A stretch of 63,973 bases of DNA, counting the filler, from Psammoneis japonica (lineage: Eukaryota): the NCBI GenBank assembly GCA_008632985.1. It is 3 parts of 3 records of this genome, joined end to end, with 100 filler letters (N's around TTAATTAATTAA, not from the genome) between each part and the next. Parts side by side here need not be neighbours in the genome. Positions count along the whole stretch, not along the records: positions 22,814 to 45,412 come from QPGO01000438.1; positions 45,513 to 63,973 come from QPGO01000476.1; 1 more part is not named here. One strand, 5' to 3'. A model generated the notes under the pieces. It saw only the letters and a program-made list of their open reading frames with translations. It was not told where the DNA came from and ran no database searches. The position numbers and the translations under genes were made by a program. This document shows positions 37,201 to 48,045 of the stretch, piece after piece (position 1 is the first letter of the stretch; every line of letters starts with the position of its first letter).

Positions 37201-38697
37201 TTGGCACTAGTGAAGTTTCAACCAGCACAGCTGCTCCGACACCGTCACCTACAAATAGCATTCCAATTACGGAACTACCAACACAAGATCCCGCGTCGCC
37301 ACCGTCGACTCCGGGTCCAACGACTCTCAATCCAACATCGTTGCCGACGACAAACCCTACTCCTCGTCCAACTCTCAATCCAACACCTCGTCCTACACTC
37401 AATCCAACGCCTCGTCCAACTCTCAATCCAACTCCACGCCCCACTCCATCACCAGCTCCAACAACACCCAATCCCACCAGTGGTGGTGGCAGCAGTAGTT
37501 TGCCGCCAAACGGTCCATGGAATCCCGTTGGACAAACTTTGCACGGCAAGGCTGCAGATGATTTTTTTGGCGATTCCGTGTCCTTGTCTCGTGATGGCAG
37601 GGTCATGGCTGTTGGAGCGGAGCAATCTTCTTCCAATCCCGGCTATGTTGTTGTGCAACGATACAATCCAAACACCCAACAATGGGAACAAATTGGCCAA
37701 GAATTGATTGGACAAGCCGGCGGTGACGAGTTTGGAGAGTCTGTTTCGTTAAATGGCGATGGCACGATTCTTGCAGTTGGAGCGGATGACAATGACAGTG
37801 GTGGAACAAATGCCGGTCACGTTCGTGTGTTTGAATACAACTCGGCATTGGATCGTTGGGTCCAACTCGGCAGTGACATTCTTGGACAAGACGCTGGTGA
37901 TTGTTTTGGTTATTCCGTGTCGCTCTCGGACGCGGGAGACATTCTTGCCGTGGGAGCTTACGGTGATGACACGGAAAATGGCTCTGGTTCCGGATCGGTN
38001 NNNNNNNNNNNNNNNNNNNNNNNNNNNNNNNNNNNNNNNNNNNNNNNNNNNNNNNNNNNNNNNNNNNNNNNNNNNNNNNNNNNNNNNNNNNNNNNNNNNN
38101 NNNNNNNNNNNNNNNNNNNNNNNNNNNNNNNNNNNNNNNNNNNNNNNNNNNNNNNNNNNNNNNNNNNNNNNNNNNNNNNNNNNNNNNNNNNNNNNNNNNN
38201 NNNNNNNNNNNNNNNNNNNNNNNNNNNNNNNNNNNNNNNNNNNNNNNNNNNNNNNNNNNNNNNNNNNNNNNNNNNNNNNNNNNNNNNNNNNNNNNNNNNN
38301 NNNNNNNNNNNNNNNNNNNNNNNNNNNNNNNNNNNNNNNNNNNNNNNNNNNNNNNNNNNNNNNNNNNNNNNNNNNNNNNNNNNNNNNNNNNNNNNNNNNN
38401 NNNNNNNNNNNNNNNNNNNNNNNNNNNNNNNNNNNNNNNNNNNNNNNNNNNNNNNNNNNNNNNNNNNNNNNNNNNNNNNNNNNNNNNNNNNNNNNNNNNN
38501 NNNNNNNNNNNNNNNNNNNNNNNNNNNNNNNNNNNNNNNNNNNNNNNNNNNNNNNNNNNNNNNNNNNNNNNNNNNNNNNNNNNNNNNNNNNNNNNNNNNN
38601 NNNNNNNNNNNNNNNNNNNNNNNNNNNNNNNNNNNNNNNNNNNNNNNNNNNNNNNNNNNNNNNNNNNNNNNNNNNNNNNNNNNNNNNNNNNNNNNNN
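34272..38697 (+). CDS. Putative type II receptor-like kinase: MLKL/HeLo-like helical bundle - kinase - TM - SEA-like domain - Pro/Thr stalk - FG-GAP beta-propeller; 3' end in N gap, inferred from the duplicate
   Basis: Kinase motifs GAGTFG, VAIK, HRDLKPEN, DFG, APE. TM helix at ~36625-36690 preceded by RKYLRKR. Three ORFs joined by apparent 1-nt frameshifts at ~36680 and ~37020. (TPRPTLNP)n stalk. Three FG-GAP repeats before the gap and four more in the duplicate at 22814-23560. Confidence 0.75.
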
Positions 38698-41600
38698 NNN
38701 NNNNNNNNNNNNNNNNNNNNNNNNNNNNNNNNNNNNNNNNNNNNNNNNNNNNNNNNNNNNNNNNNNNNNNNNNNNNNNNNNNNTGGCTCGTGTCATTGTG
38801 TGCTGTTTTTCGCGTTTGTTCCAAAAATCAAAAAAGTCTGTCTGTCGTGCGATTCCGCTAGTCTATCACGAACCACACATCACACACACACACATCACAC
38901 ATCGGCTCGCGGTCTTGAACAACCATGACGCTACACCAACAGCACTACGAATCAACAACAACAACAACAACAACAACAACGACACCATGACGTTTGGAGG
39001 ATTATCCGCCTCGGACTCCATACAAGAGAAGCTCTGTGCCCATTCTTATTGCTACTATTACGCGTAATGATTCACTTAAGTATTGTCGAGGCTTGCCCGA
39101 ATAATCTCAAGAAAGATCTCGTCTTTATGCAGAACGGCTACCTTGACGACTTTTTCGAGTCCAAGGGTCTGATCATGGACAACACACACACACACAAGTC
39201 CTTTGAGGGCTTGACTGCAGCCACCGGGGAGCATGCCCACAGAGTATGGAATCAGCAGCAGAGCCGGAACCAGTCAATCAAAAGTCAAGCAACTGTCTCA
39301 GCAAGCACTCATAGGAATGGTGGAGCGAAGGTATTGTACGAGTATACTGGATGCAACCAAAGAACGATTTCTGTGATGCGGTTTGTTCGGTCGCTTCTAT
39401 TCGGATATGCTGCTGGAGAAACGCGTTGCTGCTGCTGCCACTGCTCCTACAAAGGACAATAGCGAGTCGCTCGTGGCATGCGCAGCGAAATAAGCTCCTT
39501 TTGTTGGATGTGCATCCTTGATGAATATGACGTTGGAGAGAAACCAATGGTGCTGCCACGCACGCTGTTGTTGTTGTTGTCATGCATGTCTACGTACTCT
39601 CTCAAACGAAATTAAAAATGGCCTCCATCCACACTAGTTTGGGCGTGCGACTCTGTGAATGTTGCTGAGCTCTTTCGAGATGTGGGCTTTGAACAACGCG
39701 TCGGTTATTATGCAGTGATGTGTTTTGAATGTACGTGTTTGATGTTGTTTCCATGTATTGCTGATTCATAACCATCTGCAGCGACCTGGGTGGTAATGTA
39801 TGGATTTTTTGGAAAAGAGTTGCAACTCGTATAAAGTGGATTGGAAACCACGTGTGTCTCGCGGTCGGACAGTTCTCCAGCACAAACCATGGCGGCGCCT
39901 GTTGGATATCATACAGTGAACAAGTAGCGGGTGGAACGGGCTTGTTGGGAACTGCTGTGGTGGGACTAGACGAAAAAGCGCGATGAGGAAATCAACATCC
40001 AAACAACCACAACCGAAGGGGGGTGCACGGTGCCGGTACTGCTACTACTACTACTACTGCTACTACTGTACGAACTATATAACAACAATGACACGGATGA
40101 TTATGACTTTGGAAATGTCGATATCTTTGTTTCGACCATTCCATCGACACCCGTCAATATTAACGATGACAACGACAAGAAGGATGACGAAGAGTATTAG
40201 TAGTATCAACAATGGCACTAATAACAATGGCGCGGTGGTGGAAATATCATTTCATCCTATGGAGACTTGAAAGCACGATTTGCCGATAAACTCAACAAAA
40301 AAAAAAGGGACCGCTTGGCTGCTTGTGGGATGTCTTTGTTCCTCCCTAATACTACTGCGAATAATAAGGACAAGGACAATGAAAACCACTACCATGACCT
40401 TGGAGATGTCGATAAAGGAAGGGGTTCCTTTGATACCGCATACGTGGCAGAATATAAAAATGTACAATTGCAAGAACGAAACTGAATCCTCGAGACGGTT
40501 GGGAAGCGATGGAGGATGAAGTCGTGAATCCTGAGCGCTGCTCNNNNNNNNNNNNNNNNNNNNNNNNNNNNNNNNNNNNNNNNNNNNNNNNNNNNNNNNN
40601 NNNNNNNNNNNNNNNNNNNNNNNNNNNNNNNNNNNNNNNNNNNNNNNNNNNNNNNNNNNNNNNNNNNNNNNNNNNNNNNNNNNNNNNNNNNNNNNNNNNN
40701 NNNNNNNNNNNNNNNNNNNNNNNNNNNNNNNNNNNNNNNNNNNNNNNNNNNNNNNNNNNNNNNNNNNNNNNNNNNNTTCATTTCGCCAGATGCTTTTTTT
40801 GGATTTCCAAGAAACTCTCTAGACTGACTGCTCTCCACTCTCTAGCTGTAGCTCTAGAGATCCCTACATAAAGAGTAACACGTCCCCAGCTGCTAGTAGA
40901 GCCACTCTCTCACATGACAGTACAACTTGCAAGAACGAAACTGAATCCTCGAGACGGTTGGGAAGCGATGGAGGATGAATTCATGAATCATGAGCGCTGC
41001 TCCGACTCGACTGTTGTTGCAAATGATATATTGTCGGCCTATACTCTGCAACCCGTCTGGAAGACACTCTCTGCATTGCTAAGGAGTAGTTGTCTTGGAG
41101 TCGGTAGAGGCTGAACCATGGTCTCTCAAAAATTCAAACTCCTGTCTCGGCAAACAATGCAGGCACGGTGGAGCAAGCGTACTGGATGCAACGAACGATT
41201 CGTGACGTGGTCTTGGAATTTCTGCGCTCTCTTCATTTCGCCAGATGCTTTTTTTGGATTTCCAAGAAACTCTCTAGACTGACTGCTCTCCACTCTCTAG
41301 CTGTAGCTCTAGAGATCCCTACATAAAGAGTAACACGTCCCCAGCTGCCAGTAGAGCCACTCTCTTGCACGACAGTACAATAGAGAGAGAGAGTGCTTTG
41401 GATTTTAAGAGAGATAATAGAGGACGCACACAGCATGCTATGCTAGCTAGCTGCTTTCCGTCCCAGCTTCGTGGCACCACGTGTAAAAATTAACCCCCCA
41501 TTTTTAACCAAATGCCCACCTCGATCGACTGGCAGTAACCAGATACGAAGTTCAGCACACTTTTGGGGGCCTAGAGAATGGGGGGTGAACGTTAGTTACT

Positions 41601-41789
41601 AACTAACCAATCACTGAATGCTGACTTTGCACTTGCCCGTGTGACAAAGGTGCACCACGAAAAGTTAGTTTATTTTGAAATACCGAGATACCATGAACAA
41701 CACATGCCCATTGCATTCTTGCAAGACATTGTTTTTTAAAGACTGGGAGACCGATGATGCTCATGTCTTGTGCACTTTGTAGCTCTGCT

Positions 41790-42761
41790 CTAGCTAGCTG
41801 GGGTCAAAGTCCAACTGTTTTTTTGGATCAACGATTCGATTCGAATGGGTCGAATTTCATTCCCGAGTCGTCGTGACTCGTTCACGGTGCGTGTCTAGTG
41901 TTTTCCAATCAACCAGTTCATGCTTGTACCAGTCCGGGAATCCGTCATGTTGATGGGTGAAGTGGATTTCGCTGTCGCCATGAAACCTGCATGCGGCAAC
42001 CGCGGCATTCATGCCGGTTCCGCATCGCTTCCAGTCGCGGTGCCGCCACATGCCTGCAACTCTTTTTTTGTGGGAGCCTTGTTTGCCTGTAAAGCGCTGC
42101 TCAATCAGAGCTGTCATTGGACGTGCAACCGATTCGTTTGGGTTGCCGGGGCCGTGTGTGTCGTCACAGTGAATGTCCGCATACCGCGCAAGTCGGAGCT
42201 GATCGCCTCGCATCATGGTCTGGCTGCAGCTGGTCCGTGCCACCGCCAAGTTCTTCCAAGCTGCAGACTGAACAACGCAGTTCAAAATTTTGTCCTCAGC
42301 AATGCGAGATAGAGCATCCGCAGGCAGCTTGTCGTGAGCTGATGCAAACTCAGTGAGCAAATTTTGGGTGCATCGCTCCTTGTGTGCCACCAGAGCGACG
42401 TCAACTGCCTCTGATCTCACAACGAATTTTGGATTGGGAGGTTTGTGCTCCTCCCAAGATGAACAATGCTGCAGTGACCAAATGACATGCTTGGCCGACT
42501 TTGGCGTGACGTCTCTTTTTGACACTGCTTCCAAGAAGTGCCGGTCGACCTGGTCTCGCGTCAAGTGAGGCGGCCCCGACAGAGCCGGCGATTCGTCCAC
42601 CCATCTTTTGCATGCACTCCACTCAGTGACAAAGTGCCATCCACCTTGGGGGTGTGATGGTTTGGGCCAACAAGTCTCCCATGGAGACTAGAGACACCAT
42701 CGTGTGGGTCTCTTCTTTGCATTGTGACAGCCTCGAGGGATCGTTTTTGGGGTGCACCCAC
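41790..42761 (-). mobile_element. Crypton-like recombinase relic, copy 2
   Basis: Near-identical to 26679-27650. Confidence 0.65.
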
Positions 42762-44556
42762 CTCACTGTCAAAAGAAAAGAGGTTTTTGAAATCAAACGC
42801 TCACTTGTGGCGGTCGACAAGTGGAGTCGTTTCGAAACATGTTGACATTCGAGTGGGAAGAAAGAACATTTCGACAAGTGGATTTTGTGTCATGCCCTGT
42901 TCTGAAGGTTCTTGTCTTCACCAACCACAGGCCTGTCCGGGGTCCGGGAACCAGTTCCAGGGGTGGTTCCGGCGCCGGCCTCCTGCGGGCAGGAACTGCT
43001 GAGGACTCCCCCGGATGGCTCGGTCAACCCGTGATGTCAGGGGAAAGCGTGCCCCCCAATCAGCGGTGGTTGTTCCTGCCAACCGAGGTCGCGCGACCCG
43101 CCACTCGAGACTTGTGACTCAAAGTCACGAGCGCTCGTGCCATTGAGACGACTCTCTCTCTCTCTCTCTCTCTAGAGTGGCCAGTGGCCTGCTCTCGCTC
43201 TCTCTGGAGGCAGAGCCAAAGCAGAGAACAGAGAGCAGGTCCAGAGAGCAGAGGCCACTGCTGTTGTTGCCATGGTGACTGCTGTTGCCATCTCTGCTGC
43301 TGTTGTGGCTCTGCCTCCTCTGCCAGTTTGCTGCTCTGTCATTGCACGAGCACTCACGAGCCATCGCATCCATGCCAAGCTCATCTCATCACTGTGTTGC
43401 ATTGGCGACCACTCATTGCAGCTTTTCAAAGGCCACACTTGACAAAAGCCAGAGCTGTGCACTTTGTGAAGAAATGCTGCAGATGTTTGGTTGGCCAGCT
43501 GCAGATCCGCAGCACACCAATGTGAAACATGATGCTGGTCAATTTTGGTTGACCCAGAGTTTTCAAACAAGCTGCCCATCACTTTTTTTTGCCTGGCTGC
43601 CCCCAACTCTGACTTTTCATTTTTGAGTCTCACTGCAGTTGCTGGGTTTGTTTTGCACGTGGCTCCTTCAGTGTTTTGCCAGTGCTTTGTCAAATCTTTC
43701 ATGCCAGCCCTTGTTGGTGAGTTTCCTGCTTGAGCCTGGTTGGAGATCCGGGATTCCAGGAAACACAGCCTTGTGCACTTGCAGCAAAATGTCCAAATCT
43801 TGATTTGTTGTGCCATTTGCACATGCCTTCCAAGCAGTGTCACATCATCCACCCACGACTTCTTTGTTCTTGAATCTCAACCCACAAATTTGCCAGCATG
43901 TCTTGTTCTCTGATTTTTCACTTCAGCACAGCTCTCTCCAACTCAAAACACTTTGCTGAGCACATCACAGTTGCTCTGTTGGAAGTCTCAAAAGGTCCCC
44001 TGGTGCCAAACTGGTGCAGCATCTCTTGCTTGGGCAATGGCAGCCCAGAGCTGGTCTTCAGCCATCTCATCACACTCGGTCACCACTGCAAGTCCAATCT
44101 CTTTGGCCAAAACTTTCTCTTGCACCACCACCTTTTTGCACTTCAACACAGTGGGTGCCAGAAATCTGGCTGCTGGCGGGTGGTGTCGCGACAAAGCAAA
44201 AGGCATGCTCCAATGTTTTGTGCACAGAGCTTCTGTTGTGATGGTCCAAAAAATGACAAATGTTCAGACACCCATGACACCCTGTCAATGTCATCGTCAG
44301 CTCCCGCGGGTTTTTGACAAGTTCTCCGTGCAGTGTCAGTTGTCACTGCGGTGATGGTCTGTGCGCTAATCCGGAGCACATCACCTGCCATGCCAATTTC
44401 GAATGATTGCGGTTGATGATTCGTTCGATTCGAGTCCGGGTTCTGAGCTCACCGATCATGGATTTACCGCACTGGATGGAGCCGCGGCCGTCGCAAAACA
44501 ACACCATGATGCCTCTTTACCTCTCTTGTTGATACTACTGTAATTGCATTGTCATC

Positions 44557-45412
44557 ATGGCTTCGTGGTATACAGAAACAACAATATTGTCGTCGCTGTT
44601 GTCTGCTGCTTACGTCATAACAACACCGATGCCGTTCAAGCATACCGGTCAAGCCCGGAAGCTTTTTCCAATTTCTAACCTATCTCTACGCGGAACGCAA
44701 GTTTATTCTTGTCATCTTGATTCACTTTGTTTGTACCATGGTAATTTGGGGTGAGTAGAGTATATTGTATGATTGAGTTGTGTGTGTGTGTGTGTGATTT
44801 GCTATACTCATCTCAAACATACCGCCGCACCTCTATACCGTACTCCCTAACATAATACTACAGCACACTTCTTGTGGTCAAGTTTCATCAACAAGAAAAC
44901 AAAGTACCCGAGGACGCAAATCGATATTGGTGGAAACGTCTCGCTCCGCCACTCGAGTTTGGAGCCATGCATGCCATTTTGTTTCAAATGGCATTCCTAC
45001 CGCTCACCATGGCTCGGCTCTCCATTGCGGCAGCCTCCAAAACATCTCTCAATACGTACTTTCCCTTCAACAAGAGTCAGCGCATTCATATTCATTTGGG
45101 ATACGTCTTTGGAGCATTGTTGTGATTGCCACGATTTTCTTTTTTGCCTTTTTTGGATTGCTTTGTTCCGATGGCGAACAAGCGTTTTTGACAAGTTTAC
45201 GTCGGAAATCATGATTACGGGGTACATTACCGTGGCCTTTGTCTTGATTATCCTCTCTACATCATTCTTTCGAGATTACATGCCATACGAAGTCTTTTAT
45301 GGCATTCATCATTTGGTATTTGCCATGTACCTGGTGGTCCTTGTTGCATACGATCGATATCAACGTTCGAAAGGACGGACAGAATCGGAGTCAAACCTTC
45401 AAGTGGTTTTCG
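44557..45412 (+). CDS. 5' part of the second NADPH oxidase copy, truncated by scaffold end
   Basis: Near-identical to 29442-30302 with extra 1-nt indels. Confidence 0.7.
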
Positions 45413-45512
45413 NNNNNNNNNNNNNNNNNNNNNNNNNNNNNNNNNNNNNNNNNNNNTTAATTAATTAANNNNNNNNNNNNNNNNNNNNNNNNNNNNNNNN
45501 NNNNNNNNNNNN
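45413..45512. other. Artificial scaffold spacer (N44-TTAATTAATTAA-N44)
   Basis: Same structure as 22714-22813. Confidence 0.95.
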
Positions 45513-47908
45513 CGAGCGCCCCATGCTCGGCGACTGCATTTTCATACACGGCAAGGTCACTCTGGTCCTTCGCTTTCTCTGTGCTGGCTTGCTTGTATGC
45601 AATCTGCTCCACCACAGTCTGAGCAACTTTCGCCGGAAAGTATTCGCTCACAAAAAGCAAAGCACTCTGCATCATGGCCGGTTCCAAGAGAAACTGTCGC
45701 AAGAGCGTGTTTGCAAAAACAAGAGCATCGCCAAAGTGCTCGTCATAGTGCGTCAGCCACAAGACTGCCTTGATTTTGCGAAGGGGCGCTGCTCTCGGTC
45801 CGTCACTGTCGTTGCTCAGGTGCATGGCAACGACCCGTTTCAAAATCACCAAGTCTTGCCCCGTTTCAAAATACTGTCGCGTGTCCTTGAGCATGCCTCG
45901 TCGTTCCGCGTCGCCATGGACACGACAGAGAAACTCTGGATAGCAATCCAAGAGCGTTTCAACTGGCAGCATTGACGCGTAGAGGGCCAGCATGCGCCAC
46001 AAGTCACTCCTCGTAGCCAAAAAGCGAACATACTCCAACAACACCTTGTTCTTGACACGCTCTAGCCCTTCTACTTCAATGTGATTGGTGCTGTGTTCGA
46101 TAGAATCCAAATAGATAGTCAAGTGAGTTAGGAAGCGCAACTTGGTCACGTCGGTATTTTCGTCCAACTGCATTTCTTCCTTGGCCAGGTAGTTTGCCAC
46201 GGCGGACTTGCCAGAGATAAAGGCGGCTTGAGCCGACAAGTAGGCATTGTTTGCCTCGGACGAGTAGGATGCCACAGTGGCGCAAATGCTTGCTTCCGTC
46301 ATGTTTGCAAGAGACGCGTTGCGCTGCAACTGTTCCCTTTCTTCCTCTTCGTACTCGGTTCCCGGAAACGGAAAACGTTTTCCGATTTTGCGACGATTGT
46401 TGTTGCACCGGTATAGTAAGGAATCTTCGATTCGTCCCAAGACGGCTCCAAACATGATTTGCATGCGTTGTTCCCAAGTTGTCACAACCGGACTCGACAG
46501 AGCACTGGTCGTGTCGTCGCTCAGAAGAGCATAAATGACGGCCTCGTACTGGACCGACGAACCGGTTGACGTCATTTTGTTGGATAGAATCCCCGACAAG
46601 TTCCAACAGTTGCGTTTCCACAGAGCACGGTTGAGATTGCCTTGTTCGGTACGATCCATGGCTTCAGTATTGAGATTGGGTGTCGAGCGGACGCCGTGAG
46701 GGATACCACCCGTCCAAGCGGCGGCACGCCAGGGCTGTCCGCACGCTCGACACAACTCGACAGCCTTGTCCAATTGACCTGCAAGCAACAGAGAGAAACA
46801 TGCACGGAGGAGCGTAACATCATCCTTTTCATCATTGTCGTACAAGGGGTCAATGGGCGTGACTGAGAAGGATGGCTGACAGGCTTCTCGTACCAACAGG
46901 GGCGCGTCCGGGTGAAGCGTGTCTACCTTTTCAGCAAGCTTCTTGGATCCTTGCTCTAAGCGTGACAGGGACGCAGACCACATGGTGGATTGACTCTTGG
47001 AGGGCATGGCGACTTGAGACAAGAGAAAGGATTGGCACTGCTGCAACCACTCGAGGATAAGTTTTCGTCGACTCAACACCATGGTCGCCCTGTACTCAAG
47101 TCCTCGAGTAGCACCATCGGACTCTTGTGTATTTCCAGAGCCAATTCACTTGTAATCTTTTCAATCTCTTGTTGATACTCAGCTTGATGAGCAGTATCGT
47201 CCGCAAACAAGAGCGACGGCAGTCCCAGAGACCGGAGCTTGACAAGCAGAGCCCAGAAATTGCCCTCTCGCATGTCATTTTCAGCAGAAGAATCGAGACA
47301 CACTGCCGACAAAGCTTGTAAAAAGTCTCTGTCCACTCGAGTCTCATCCGAAACAAGAGTGACATCCACAGGATCCACCATGATGCTGGCTTGTTCTTGT
47401 TGTAGTTCCAACCGCTTTACGACATTTCGCCGTGCAGTGCAGTACGTAAGAAGTGCATCGTGGTATCGGCGGTACTCATAGTGATCATCGCCTCTTGTTG
47501 TAGCTGTTGTTGGTCGTAATGCTGGCGGATGCTGCCACGGAGTTTGCACTCCAACCACTTCGACGGGCTCAATATCAGTGTCTGCTTCTGGAGTGGTCAC
47601 TGTTTCTGCTAATTCCAACGGAGAAGGCTGTCGCTGTTGTTTCTTGGAATTGCTCATGACGGGCGTTTCGGTCCCGTTGTTGCCTCGTTTCTGCGGAGTA
47701 AACGTTGCTGCTGCAGTAGGAGATGACAGCCGATTCGTCCAATCCATCACGTCGTCCTCCTCTTCTTCCATAAAGTCTTCTTCTTCGTCGTCGTAGTATC
47801 GTGGAGCTAAATCAACAGTTCCAACCAACGGCACGCCCACTCGTTGATGTGAGACGTTATAGCACGGAAGGCTTTTGCCGCGGCATCTTCTTCGGGTGTT
47901 CCTTCCAT
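45513..47908 (-). CDS. NUP107: Nuclear pore complex protein Nup107/Nup84, 3'-truncated by scaffold end
   Basis: Signature LL.AG.LD.A.ELC..CGQPWRAA..GG, GN.NR.LWK..C, YE..IYA.LS. Probable ATG at 47908 (MEGTPEED). Apparent 1-nt frameshifts near 47838 and 47082. Confidence 0.8.
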
Positions 47909-48045
47909 ACTGACTGTAGCGTAACTTATAGAGAGCGCCGTTGTTTCTTATTGTACTGGTTAAAGGGTGGTGGTGATAATGCTGTTACTGTGCTTCTGCG
48001 GCTGCCGTTCGTCATTGAGCTCTGCAGAAAAATATCCGCGATAAT

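Larger units (their letters stand above)
37965..45412 (+). repeat. Second copy of 22817-30302 (offset ~15.1 kb): segmental duplication or alternate haplotype
   Basis: Near-identical collinear sequence covering the FG-GAP end, 450-bp tandem, Crypton relic and NOX 5' half. Differs by small indels and a divergent patch (~23815-24075 vs ~38950-39190). Confidence 0.92.

Noticed and set aside
45513..47908. Frameshifts in NUP107, NOX and the kinase as pseudogenisation or programmed frameshifting
   Set aside because: They are 1-nt indels, mostly at short homopolymers, occur even in a normally essential nucleoporin, and several differ between duplicate copies. Sequencing error is the simpler explanation, though not proven.
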